The notes beneath the pieces were generated by a model. That model was given only the letters and a program-made list of their open reading frames with translations, did no database searches and was not told the origin of the DNA. Shown piece after piece: positions 10,559 through 19,597 of a DNA stretch of 64,000 nt. This DNA comes from an uncultured Alphaproteobacteria bacterium (GTDB lineage: Bacteria; Pseudomonadota; Alphaproteobacteria; Acetobacterales; Acetobacteraceae): contig CAVVVI010000003.1 of assembly GCA_963751795.1 (NCBI GenBank), forward strand, positions 79,286-143,285. The letters run 5' to 3'. The stretch's first letter is position 1; each line of letters opens with the position of its first letter. A program made the position numbers and the translations under genes.

Positions 10559-10668
10559 CGCACGATCGTCTTTTCTCGAAGGAGAACAGCCAAGTTTCGG
10601 GAAGAGGCAATCCTAGTTTCGATCTGCACGGTTCGCGAGTTTCATTTTGCTGATGGCGACACGTTGCG

Positions 10669-12006
10669 TCAGGTGGTGGGGAGCCAGATGGTGAAGGTGG
10701 CGCCGGTGCCGGGTTCGCTGTCGATGAGGAGGACGCCGCGGTGGCGGTTGATGATGTGTTTGACGATGGCCAGGCCGAGGCCGGTGCCGCCGACGGCGCG
10801 TGAGCGGCTGGCGTCCACGCGGTAGAAGCGTTCGGTGAGGCGGGGGAGGTGTTGGCGGGGGATGCCGGGGCCGTCGTCTTTGACGGCGAGGAGCAGGCCG
10901 GGGCGGGCGGGGTAGCGGGGGTCGGGCGGGGCGGCGGCCAGGGTGAGGGCGATGGTGCCGCCGTCGCGGCCGTATTTGAGTGCGTTGTCGAGCAGGTTGG
11001 CGGCGACCTGTTCGAGCTGGTCGGTATCGCCCAGGACCGGGGGCAGGGCCGGGTCGGCGCGGAAATCGATATGGACGTGGCGGGCGGCGAGTGCGGGCTG
11101 GAAGCCGGCGAGGATGCGTTCGGCGACGCCGTGCATGTCCACCTGGTCGGCGGGCGGGAGGTGCTCGGTGATCTCCACGCGCGAGAGGTGGAGGAGATCG
11201 TCGATCAGGCGGCTCATGCGTTCGGCCTGTTCGGCCATGATGGCGAGGAAGCGGGCCTGGGCGGGGGGATCGTCGGCGGCGGGGCCGCGCAGCGTGGCGA
11301 TGAAGCCGATGAGGCTGGCGAGCGGCGTGCGGAGTTCGTGGCTGGAGTTGGCGATGAAGTCGGCGCGCATGCGTTCGACGGCGCGTTCGCGTGTGCGGTC
11401 GGAGAGGACGGCGAGAATGCCGGCGCCGCCGGCGAGCGGTGAGTCGAGCGCGGTGACCATGGCCTGGACTTCGCGGGCTACGGGGACGGGGATGCGCAGA
11501 TCGGCCCATTGCGGGACGGCGGCGGGGCCGGCGGCCGCGGCACGGTCGATGGCGGCGCGCAGTTCGGGGTGGCGCAGGACGGCGCCCATGTCTTCCCCGA
11601 AGGCGGCGCGGGCGGCGGCGTTGGCGCGGCGTACGCTGCGATCGAGGCCGAGGAGCAGCAGTGGGTCGGGCAGGCGTTCGACGATGGAGGCTTCGGCGCG
11701 GAGCATGCGGTCGAGCAGGGCGGACTGTTCGCGCAGGGTGGCGGAGATGTGGTCGATTTCGGTGAGGATGGCGCGGTTGAGCGCGCGTGGCGGCGGGCGG
11801 GGCGAGGGGGCGCCGGTGCCGGCCAGATGGAGGCGGTGGGCGAGCGTGCGCAGGTCGCGCGACCAGAGGCGGGCGAGCAGGAGGGCGGCGAGCGTGGTGG
11901 CGGCGGCGGCCAGTGCGGCGGGGCGCAGCGCGAGCTGGCCGGTGGCGGCGAGGATGGCGAAGGCGGCGGCGGGCGTGGCGGCGAGGGCGGCGGTGATGCG
12001 GAGCAT
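10669..12006 (-). CDS. PhoR-like sensor histidine kinase (TM-PAS-HisKA-HATPase)
   Basis: MLRITAALAATPAAAFAILA... (TM), FIANSSHELRTPLASLIGFI (H-box), NLLDNALKY (N-box), DDGPGI, and GGTGLGLAIVKHI (G-boxes). Start set to ATG 12006. Confidence 0.85.
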   Translation of the reverse strand: MLRITAALAATPAAAFAILAATGQLALRPAALAAAATTLAALLLARLWSRDLRTLAHRLHLAGTGAPSPRPPPRALNRAILTEIDHISATLREQSALLDRMLRAEASIVERLPDPLLLLGLDRSVRRANAAARAAFGEDMGAVLRHPELRAAIDRAAAAGPAAVPQWADLRIPVPVAREVQAMVTALDSPLAGGAGILAVLSDRTRERAVERMRADFIANSSHELRTPLASLIGFIATLRGPAADDPPAQARFLAIMAEQAERMSRLIDDLLHLSRVEITEHLPPADQVDMHGVAERILAGFQPALAARHVHIDFRADPALPPVLGDTDQLEQVAANLLDNALKYGRDGGTIALTLAAAPPDPRYPARPGLLLAVKDDGPGIPRQHLPRLTERFYRVDASRSRAVGGTGLGLAIVKHIINRHRGVLLIDSEPGTGATFTIWLPTT

Positions 12007-12096
12007 GCGGTGGTGTCCGGATCGGGTGGGAGCGCGGCGTGGTTCGGGGTGGTGAGGCGGTGGGCCGGCCGGGCACCGCACCCGGCCGGCTGGTGC

Positions 12097-13398
12097 CTAG
12101 GAGGCGGGCGAGGACAGGTCGGTGGGCGCGGGACTGATGAGGCCGGTGCCGACTTCGTAGATGGCGAGTGCGCGGCGGACGTGGCCGTCGGGCAGGAGGA
12201 CGAGGGCGCCGTCCACGCCGGAGAAGCCGTCGGGCTTGGTGAGCGCGGTGGCGGAGTAGTCGTGGTCTTCGGCCAGAGCGCGGCCGATCAGCGTGGCGTC
12301 GAAGGCGATATCGGCGATAGCGGGGGGTGCGAAGCCGTATTTGCCCTGGAAGGCGGCGGTGAAGGCGCTGCGCTGGGTGGGGTCGGGCACCGCGTACCAG
12401 GCGCCGGCGAGCTTGTGCAGGTGCTGGGCCGATTGCGCCCAGTAGCTGGGGCCGAGCAGGCGGACCTGCGGGGCGGCGACATCGTAGGCGGGCAGGCGGT
12501 CGGCCAGGCGGCGCAGGGCTTCGCCGTTGGCGGCCAGCACCAGCGTATCGAAGGGTGGCGGGGCGCTGGGCTGGGCGGCGAGGATGGCGGCCTGCTGGCG
12601 GGAGGCCGGATCGGTGCTCTCGCGCATGGCGCGGATGTGTTCCTGCATTTCGCCTTGGCGGGCTTCGAAATTGGTGAGCGAGCGCAGGGCGGCGTCGGCG
12701 CTGCCGGTATCGCCGCCGCCGCGCTGGATGTTGGGGGGTTCGAAGCCGGCCTGGCTGGCGGCATCGACCAGCGCGGTTTGCAGGGCGTCGCCGAAGGAGC
12801 CTTCGGGCAGCAGGGCGGCGAGGTGCTGGCGGCCTTCGGCGCGGGCGGCGGCGACCAGGCGGCGCATCTGCTGATCGGGCGTGACGCCGAGCGGCCAGAC
12901 GCCGGGCGCGGCGATGGCGGGATCGGAGCTGAAGGAGAGGATTGCGATGTTGGCGGGCGTGGCGACGGCGGCGACCGCCTGGGTTTCGGCCGCGGTGAGG
13001 GGGCCGAGGATCATGAGGTCGCCGGCGGCGATGGCGGCCTGGGCCTGGGCGGCGGCGCGGGTGGGATCGCCCCCGGTATCGCGGATATCGAGCGGGGGGG
13101 CGCCGGCGGCCGAGGCGGCCAGGCTGGCGGCCTGCTGCATGGTGATGGCGGTGGCGGCGTTGGGGCCGGAGAGGGGCAGCAGGAGAGCGAGGCGGCGCGG
13201 GCCTTGCGGCTGGGCGGGCGGTGGTGCCACGCTGAATTGCGGGGGCGCCGGCGGCCCTGGCGGCGCCTGCACGCAGGCGGACAGCAGCAGCGCGGATGCG
13301 AGTAGGCCCCATGCCGGACGAAGCTTTGATGCCGGATGATTCGGCCGCTGGGGGTGAGGCCCCGATGCTGGGTGAGGCCCCGATGCTTGGTGAAGCAT
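12097..13398 (-). CDS. penicillin-binding protein activator LpoA/LppC-like periplasmic-binding-fold lipoprotein
   Basis: Lipobox LLLSAC and a type-1 periplasmic binding fold (LALLLPLSGPNAATA...DTGGDP...). Divergent from rsmI, as lpoA is in E. coli. The start is uncertain. Confidence 0.65.
   Translation of the reverse strand: MLHQASGPHPASGPHPQRPNHPASKLRPAWGLLASALLLSACVQAPPGPPAPPQFSVAPPPAQPQGPRRLALLLPLSGPNAATAITMQQAASLAASAAGAPPLDIRDTGGDPTRAAAQAQAAIAAGDLMILGPLTAAETQAVAAVATPANIAILSFSSDPAIAAPGVWPLGVTPDQQMRRLVAAARAEGRQHLAALLPEGSFGDALQTALVDAASQAGFEPPNIQRGGGDTGSADAALRSLTNFEARQGEMQEHIRAMRESTDPASRQQAAILAAQPSAPPPFDTLVLAANGEALRRLADRLPAYDVAAPQVRLLGPSYWAQSAQHLHKLAGAWYAVPDPTQRSAFTAAFQGKYGFAPPAIADIAFDATLIGRALAEDHDYSATALTKPDGFSGVDGALVLLPDGHVRRALAIYEVGTGLISPAPTDLSSPAS
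13353..13396. repeat. 18-bp tandem repeat, about 2.4 copies (GGTGAGGCCCCGATGCTG)
   Basis: 13353..13370 and 13371..13388 differ at one base, followed by a partial third unit. Lies in the lpoA-like/rsmI divergent 5' region. Confidence 0.9.
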
Positions 13399-13421
13399 GT
13401 GTGTCGCTCCCTGACGATGCG

Positions 13422-14282
13422 ATGGATGATGCGGCAGCGGCTGCGCCGGGACTTGTGCTGGTTTCCACCCCCATCGGCAACCTAGGCGATATGACGCTGC
13501 GGGGGCTGGCAGCGTTGCGGGGCGCCGATCTGGTGCTGTGCGAGGACACGCGGATGACGGCGCGGCTGCTGGGCCATTACGGCGTGGCGGCGCGCACGGC
13601 GGCGTTGCATGAGCACAACGAGGATGCGCGGACCGGCGAGGTGCTGGCGCGGCTGGCGGCTGGCGGGCGGGTGGCGCTCGTATCGGATGCCGGCACGCCG
13701 CTGGTGAGCGACCCCGGCTACCGGCTGGTGCGGGCAGCGATTGCGGCGGGGCATCGGGTGGAGGCCGCCCCGGGGGCCAATGCGGCGGTGACGGCGCTGG
13801 TGCTGTCGGGCCTGCCGCCGCATCCGTTCCTGTTCATGGGGTTTGCGGCCCCGCGGCAGGCGGCGCGGCTGGCGGGGTTTGCGCGGCTGCGGGCGGCCGA
13901 GCAGGCGGGGTTGGCGGCGACCCTGGTGTGGTACGAGGCGCCGCACCGGCTGGGCGAGATGCTGGCCGATCTGGCGGCGACTTTTGGCGCGGCGCGGCCG
14001 GCGGCGGTGGCACGCGAGCTGACCAAGCGGTTCGAGGAGGTGCGGCGCGACACGCTGGGCGTGCTGGCCGCGTGGTATGGCGCGCATGCGGCGCGCGGCG
14101 AGGTGACGGTGGTGGTGGGGCCGGCCGAGGCGGCAGCGGCGGTGGGCGAGGCGGATGTGGATGCGTTGCTGGCGGCGGCGTTGCGGACGATGAGCGTGCG
14201 TGAGGCGGTGGCGGGTGTGGCGGCGGCGACGGGGGTGGCGCGGCGGGTGGTTTATGCGCGGGCTTTGGGGATGCGGGGGTAG
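13422..14282 (+). CDS. rsmI: 16S rRNA (cytidine1402-2'-O)-methyltransferase
   Basis: LVLVSTPIGNLGDMTLRGLAALRGADLVLCEDTR...VSDAGTPLVSDPGYRLV...RELTKRFEEV. Start placed at ATG 13422; the track ORF begins at 13296 inside the lpoA-like gene. Confidence 0.88.
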   Translation: MDDAAAAAPGLVLVSTPIGNLGDMTLRGLAALRGADLVLCEDTRMTARLLGHYGVAARTAALHEHNEDARTGEVLARLAAGGRVALVSDAGTPLVSDPGYRLVRAAIAAGHRVEAAPGANAAVTALVLSGLPPHPFLFMGFAAPRQAARLAGFARLRAAEQAGLAATLVWYEAPHRLGEMLADLAATFGAARPAAVARELTKRFEEVRRDTLGVLAAWYGAHAARGEVTVVVGPAEAAAAVGEADVDALLAAALRTMSVREAVAGVAAATGVARRVVYARALGMRG

Positions 14283-14292
14283 GGGTGGGTGT

Positions 14293-14321
14293 GGAGTGGG
14301 TTTGGAGTGGGTTTGGAGTGG
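14293..14321. repeat. 11-bp tandem repeat, about 2.6 copies (GGAGTGGGTTT)
   Basis: Direct reading. Sits immediately after the rsmI stop, at the junction with an AT-rich islet. Confidence 0.85.
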
Positions 14322-14487
14322 CCGAACTAAGTCTAGCGTTTGTGCTGCTGAAGTGTGCAGCACGATTATAACACTTCGTCCTAGCCTTATAACGTGATCT
14401 TGGGTTGTGATTACCTGGATGTTCCCTGGCCACTAAGACGGTCTTTCAGATTTGAGCATCATAAGGATTCTGGGTAGTGTCGTATGA

Positions 14488-15258
14488 ATGCGACTCGGAA
14501 AAAGACTGGTGGGTTGGCTCGGTGGCGCTCTGTGTCTGGCTCCATATGTAAATAAATTCGCTCGGTCTGCGGCTCGCGCCCTTGACTTAGGTGGTTATGC
14601 GGATTTTCTGGCCGCTCACTCTGCGAGTAATGACACTAGTTGGGTGCATGTTGTGACAGAGTACCTCGAAGGTACGCCTCCACTCTATGTCACGGTTCTA
14701 TTCACGTCTGTAGGTATCGGCCTTTTGTACGTTGCTCTCAAGCGCTCGGGGTCTGAACGCGCGAATTCCAAGACCTATGTTGCACCTGCAACATCGTCGT
14801 CGATGTCCGCAGAAACTTCAAAGAGCCTTATCAGCGAGAAACCGAAAAGTTCGTCTTCGATCGTTATTCAAGCTGTCGGATTGCCGACCCAAGCTGCATA
14901 TGATTGCAACGAGTTTACACAAAAAGACGTGACGTATTTCTCCTCGTTTCTTAAGGCGAACCCTCTCCAAGCGGAGAAGCTTTTTGAGCCCTACGTAGGA
15001 CTGAAGATACCCTTTTCGGGTGCGCTATGTGGAAATAGTATCAATCCGTTTGGCAACGAATATATCGTAGGCGTTATCGTTAATGGCGGGCAATTTCACG
15101 GCGGCATATCTCTGCTATGTTTTTACCCCAACAAATTTAGAAACTACTTAATGCGGCTCGACGCGGATGAATTGATGTGCGGTGTTGGAACGATCTCGGA
15201 AATTTCGCTGGGAAGTCTTGTGTTAAGAAACTGTTATCCTACGGAAGCTCCGCCCTAA
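14488..15258 (+). CDS. hypothetical membrane protein (orphan, AT-rich islet)
   Basis: Clean 256-aa ORF with normal composition. One TM segment (PPLYVTVLFTSVGIGLLYVAL) and a Ser-rich linker. No family recognised. Confidence 0.5.
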   Translation: MRLGKRLVGWLGGALCLAPYVNKFARSAARALDLGGYADFLAAHSASNDTSWVHVVTEYLEGTPPLYVTVLFTSVGIGLLYVALKRSGSERANSKTYVAPATSSSMSAETSKSLISEKPKSSSSIVIQAVGLPTQAAYDCNEFTQKDVTYFSSFLKANPLQAEKLFEPYVGLKIPFSGALCGNSINPFGNEYIVGVIVNGGQFHGGISLLCFYPNKFRNYLMRLDADELMCGVGTISEISLGSLVLRNCYPTEAPP

Positions 15259-15292
15259 AACTGTGTGTTCAAGCATCGCAGTGACGCAGCGG

Positions 15293-16411
15293 CTACGGCG
15301 CGGCAGCCAGCGCGGTCACGCGGGCGGCGTTGCCGGACCAGGTGTGGTTGGCGGATTCGAGTTGGGTGCGGGCGGCGGTGCCTAGGGATTGGCGGAGGGT
15401 TGGGTTGGCGATGAGGCGTTCGACGGCGGTCCAGAGGGCGGTGGGTTGGTCGGGGGTGAAGAGCAGGGCGGTTTTTTCGTGGGTGAGGATTTCGCGGATG
15501 TTGGGTTGGTCCGGGGCGGCGATGGCGCAGGCGGCGGCCATGTAGTCGAAGATTTTGAGCGGCGAGGCGTAGGGGGTGGCGCTGGGTTGCAGGGCGATGT
15601 CGAAGGTGGCGACGGTGGCGGCGACTTCGGCGGGTTGCAGCAGGCCGGTGAAGGCGATGCGGTGGGCGATGCCGAGGCTGGTGGCGAGTGCCTGCAGATC
15701 GGGGATGGCGGGGCCTTCGCCGACGATGGTGAGCCTGGTGTGGGTGGGGCCGGCGGCCATGCCGCTGATCACGTGGTCCAGCCCGTGCCAGGCGCGCACG
15801 AAGCCGACGAAGCCGAGGGTGACGGTTTGGCTGTCGGGTGAGGCGGCGCGGGGTGGGAAGCGGGCGAGATCGATGCCGTTGGGGATGACGGTGATGCGGG
15901 CGGGATCGACGCCGGCGCGGGTGAGGATTTCGGCCAGCACGTGGGTGACGGGCAGGACGTGGGTGGCGCTGCGCCAGGTGTAGGCTTCCAGGCGGCGGGC
16001 CAGGGCAGCCAGGCGGAGGTTGCCGTGTTTGCGGCGTTCGTCGGCGAGCGGCGAGTTGACTTCGAGCAGCAGGCGGACGCCGTGGCGGCGGGCGAGCCAG
16101 GCGCCGGCGAGGAAATAGAGGTTGCAGCGTTCGTAGACGATGTCGGGCTGCATGCTGCGCCAGGCGGCGTGCAGGCGGCGATAGGCGGGGATGTTGTAGG
16201 CGAGCTCGGCGAGTTCGCCGAGCGGGCCGGGCAGCAGGCGGCGCAGGCGGGCGATGGTGGTGCTTTCGGCGCCGAACTGGGCGGCGTCGTAGAAGCTGGG
16301 GCCGACGATGGTGACCTCGTGGCCGGCCTGGCGCAGGGCGCGGACCAGCTCTTCGATGTGCACGCCCTGGCCGTCATGCGAGTTGATGCGGTGGCTGTAG
16401 AGGATCTTCAT
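15293..16411 (-). CDS. GT-B glycosyltransferase (family 4-like)
   Basis: MKILYSHRINSHDGQGVHIEELVRAL...GFVGFVRAWHGLD...SPLKIFDYMAAACAIAAPDQPNIREIL. Start set to ATG 16411; the N-terminal 270 codons of the track ORF are Arg/Pro junk. Confidence 0.82.
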   Translation of the reverse strand: MKILYSHRINSHDGQGVHIEELVRALRQAGHEVTIVGPSFYDAAQFGAESTTIARLRRLLPGPLGELAELAYNIPAYRRLHAAWRSMQPDIVYERCNLYFLAGAWLARRHGVRLLLEVNSPLADERRKHGNLRLAALARRLEAYTWRSATHVLPVTHVLAEILTRAGVDPARITVIPNGIDLARFPPRAASPDSQTVTLGFVGFVRAWHGLDHVISGMAAGPTHTRLTIVGEGPAIPDLQALATSLGIAHRIAFTGLLQPAEVAATVATFDIALQPSATPYASPLKIFDYMAAACAIAAPDQPNIREILTHEKTALLFTPDQPTALWTAVERLIANPTLRQSLGTAARTQLESANHTWSGNAARVTALAAAP

Positions 16412-16437
16412 GGGGCTGGCCTGGTGGGGGGGCGGCG

Positions 16438-17637
16438 CTACGCCGGGAAGGGGTTGTGGCCGGACTGGGCCAGGGCGGCCCAGGCGGTGGGTGCCAGATG
16501 GGGGACGCGGTAGTACAGGAAATCGGGTGCGTTGGTGTCGAGCCCGGTGGACAGGCCGGTTGTGAGCACCGGGGTGGTGCTGGCGTAGATGAGGCCGGAG
16601 GGCGCGGTGTTGGCGCGCAACGTGGCCAGCATGCGGGTGGCGGGCTGGCCGGCCTGGCGCAAGGTGAGCGCGGTGATGGCGGTGCCTTCCAACCAGATGC
16701 CGTCGCGATCGGTGTTGAAATCCACGCCGTCCATGGAGGCGGCGGGGCCGTTGGCGGGCAGGCCGTGGCGGGTGAGCACCCAGCCGAGTGCGCGTTGCCA
16801 GGCCGGGAGCGGGTTGGGGGCCAGCAGCGGCCAGAGGTTGGCATCGAGTGCCGAGTGGGTGTTGAGCGTGCCCTGCGGCGTGAGGCCGGTGGCGAAGCGG
16901 CCCTCGCCGGGTTGCCACATGCTCTCGACAAAGGCGCGGGCGTGGGCGGCCTGGGCCGGGCGGCCGAGGCCGGAAAAGGCGGCGGCGCAGTCGGTGTTGT
17001 GTTCGGTGCTGACCCAGGTGAGGCGCTGCGGGTTTGGTTCGAAGCCGAGGACGCCGCCGGCATAGCCGTGCGGGGTGCGGGTGTTGGCTTCGATCCAGTC
17101 GGCGGCGCGCAAGGCGGGCGCGCGGTAGGCGGGGCCGAGGGCGGACCAGAGGAGCATGGCCCAGGCCAGCACGCCGGTGGCGGTGCCGGCCTGGTAGGCA
17201 TCCTCCGTCCAGCGTGCGGCTTGCTGGTTCCACCAGCCGGGCAGGGCGGCGGGCGTTTGGGTGGGGCCGGCGCGGTAGGCGTTGCGCAGGCGGCCGTCGG
17301 TGTAGGTGCGGTCGTGCGCCTGGGCGTGGGCCAGGGCGTCGGCGATGCGGGTGGCGGCTTGCGTGTTGCCGGCGGCGAGCAGGGCCAGGCCGGCGACGGC
17401 GTTGTCGTAGGTGTAGGCGCAGGTGGTTTGGGTTTGGGCGAAGTCGGGTGGGGCGCCGGCCGTGTCGTAGGAGGCGAGCAGGCCGGGGCCGGGCAGGGCG
17501 GCGGCGCGGGTGGTGAGGGTTTGCGCCCAGGGGGCGGGTTGGTCGGGGGTGGTTGCAGCGGGGGTGGCGAGGGCGGGGGTGGCGAGGGCGAGGGTAGCGG
17601 GGGCGGTGGCGAGCAGGGTTCGGCGGGTGAGGGGCAT
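16438..17637 (-). CDS. Tat-exported hypothetical protein (possible polysaccharide-acting enzyme)
   Basis: Twin-arginine signal MPLTRRTLLATAPATLALATPALA. Trp/Ala-rich helical repeats. Co-directional with, and 26 nt upstream of, the GT gene. Confidence 0.6.
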   Translation of the reverse strand: MPLTRRTLLATAPATLALATPALATPAATTPDQPAPWAQTLTTRAAALPGPGLLASYDTAGAPPDFAQTQTTCAYTYDNAVAGLALLAAGNTQAATRIADALAHAQAHDRTYTDGRLRNAYRAGPTQTPAALPGWWNQQAARWTEDAYQAGTATGVLAWAMLLWSALGPAYRAPALRAADWIEANTRTPHGYAGGVLGFEPNPQRLTWVSTEHNTDCAAAFSGLGRPAQAAHARAFVESMWQPGEGRFATGLTPQGTLNTHSALDANLWPLLAPNPLPAWQRALGWVLTRHGLPANGPAASMDGVDFNTDRDGIWLEGTAITALTLRQAGQPATRMLATLRANTAPSGLIYASTTPVLTTGLSTGLDTNAPDFLYYRVPHLAPTAWAALAQSGHNPFPA

Positions 17638-17791
17638 GGTGGCGCGGAGCCTAGGGCAGGCGCGGGCCGGCGAGGCAAGCGTTTCTTTTGCGGATCGGGT
17701 ACGGGGAGCGCTGGGGTCGGCGGGCGGGCAGGGCAAGGGTGGTGTGGAAAACCGCTTGCCTTCTGGCCGAGGGCCGCACTGAATCCATACG

Positions 17792-18850
17792 ATGGACCAT
17801 CCGTTGAAGACGTTGCCCCCTGGGCTGGACCCGCGTGCCGCGGCGGTGCTGCGCGAGATCGTGGAGCAGTATGTGGGCACCGGCGAGCCGGTGGGCAGCC
17901 GGACGCTGGCGCGGCGGCTGCCGATCGCGCTTTCGCCGGCGACGATCCGCAACGTGATGGCCGACCTGACCGAGGCGGGGCTGCTGTTCGCACCGCATGC
18001 CAGTGCGGGGCGGCTGCCGACGGACCGGGGGTTGCGGCTGTTCGTGGACGGGCTGCTGCAGTTCGGCGAGCTGACGGACGACGAGTGCCAGGCGATCAGC
18101 GGGCAGCTCGCCGCGCATGGGCGCAGCCTGCAGGACACGCTGGCGGATGCCTCGGCGATGCTGAGCGGACTGAGCCAGGCGGCCGGCATGGTGCTGGCGC
18201 CGAAATCGGACGGGGCGATCAAGCATATCGAGTTCGCGAGCCTGGGTTCGGGGCGGGCGCTGGTGATTCTGGTGGCGGCTGACGGGCAGGTGGAGAACCG
18301 GGTGATCGAGATCCCGCCCGGGCTGCCGCCTTCGGCGCTGACGGAGGCGGCCAACTACCTGAATGCGCGGGCGGCGGGGCGCAATCTGGCCGAGCTGCGG
18401 CGGACCGTGGCCGAGGAGATGGCGCAGGATCGCGGGCAGCTGGATCTGCTGGCGGCCGGCGTGGTGGAGGCGGGGCTGGCGACGTGGACGGCGGCTTCGG
18501 CGCGCGGCGGCAGCCTGATCGTGCGTGGGCAGAGCCGGCTGCTGGCCGATGTGACGCAGATTGCCAATCTGGCGGCGATCCAGGTGCTGTTCGACCGGCT
18601 GGAGACGCAGGAGACGATGCTGCGGCTGCTGGAGCTGGCCGAGCAATCCGATGGCGTGCGGATCTTCATCGGCGCCGAGAGCGCGCTGTTCGGCAGCACC
18701 GGCGTGTCGATGATCGTGGCGCCGGCGCGCAATGCGGCGGACCGGATTGTGGGCGCGATCGGGGTGATCGGGCCCACGCGGATCAATTACGGCAAGATCA
18801 TTCCCGTGGTGGATTATACGGCGCGGGTGATCGGGCAGCTGCTCGGCTAG
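17792..18850 (+). CDS. hrcA: heat-inducible transcriptional repressor HrcA
   Basis: REIVEQYVGTGEPVGSRTLARRL...SPATIRNVMADLTEAGLL... Confidence 0.92.
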   Translation: MDHPLKTLPPGLDPRAAAVLREIVEQYVGTGEPVGSRTLARRLPIALSPATIRNVMADLTEAGLLFAPHASAGRLPTDRGLRLFVDGLLQFGELTDDECQAISGQLAAHGRSLQDTLADASAMLSGLSQAAGMVLAPKSDGAIKHIEFASLGSGRALVILVAADGQVENRVIEIPPGLPPSALTEAANYLNARAAGRNLAELRRTVAEEMAQDRGQLDLLAAGVVEAGLATWTAASARGGSLIVRGQSRLLADVTQIANLAAIQVLFDRLETQETMLRLLELAEQSDGVRIFIGAESALFGSTGVSMIVAPARNAADRIVGAIGVIGPTRINYGKIIPVVDYTARVIGQLLG

Positions 18851-19332
18851 GGTTTGACCAGCACGTGGCTTTCCTGCGCCTGGGTGTTGCAGGTGACGTT
18901 GTTGACGACCGTTTTGTAGGTGGCGGTATCCACGAAGGACCGGCTGTCGATATACTGGATCGTGTAGGCGAACGTGCCGGTGACCGCGGCGCCGCCGGGC
19001 AGGAAGGTTTGCACGTATTGCCCCGACCAGGTGGTGGCGCCGGCGGGCGGTGTGGCTGGGATGTAGCTGAACAGCTCGATGCTGTTGACGCCGGGTGCGT
19101 TGATGAAGACGCGGGCGGCGGCGCCGGTTTTGCCGGGGCCGGGGTAATTGTAGACGCCGGACAGGTAGGTGCCTTTCGGGATGACGCAGGCTGGGTCGGC
19201 GGCGGTGACGTAGCTTGTGAGCACGTAGTTGCCGGGCGCGGGCTGCGTGCTGGCGTGGGCCGGGCCGGCGGGGAGTGCGGCGGCGGCGAGGGATGCGAGG
19301 GCGGACAGGAAAGGCGGGGTGCGGACACGCAT
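18847..19332 (-). CDS. secreted hypothetical protein
   Basis: Signal peptide MRVRTPPFLSALASLAAAALPAGPAHA. The stop shares the CTAG at 18847..18850 with the convergent hrcA stop. Confidence 0.55.
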   Translation of the reverse strand: MRVRTPPFLSALASLAAAALPAGPAHASTQPAPGNYVLTSYVTAADPACVIPKGTYLSGVYNYPGPGKTGAAARVFINAPGVNSIELFSYIPATPPAGATTWSGQYVQTFLPGGAAVTGTFAYTIQYIDSRSFVDTATYKTVVNNVTCNTQAQESHVLVKP

Positions 19333-19597
19333 GGGCGTTGCCTCCGTGGGGCCCGGCGGCGTGGTGCGGAACCGCGCCGGGTGCTCGATGTTGGCGTGGG
19401 CAGTTTCATTTCTGCAAGCAGAAAGCAGGGTGTTTTGGCGTGCGCCGGGAAATGTGCAGCCTTAAGCTGGGTTTTTGGCTACGGGTGTATTCGGGCGCTT
19501 GGTGGGCAGGCTGGGCGGCGGGCCGGGGGGCGACCTTCGCGCCGGGCGGTGCGGGAGGGTCTTTCTTCGATCCGGTGGGAGCGTGTAAAGGCGCGGC

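Noticed and set aside
10613-13549. 978-aa minus-strand ORF spanning the kinase and lpoA-like genes
   Set aside because: Arg/Pro/His-rich junk that is out of frame with two recognisable genes on the same strand.
17638-17791. CIRCE element (TTAGCACTC-N9-GAGTGCTAA) upstream of hrcA or grpE
   Set aside because: No match by eye in either leader. In Alphaproteobacteria CIRCE is usually confined to groESL.
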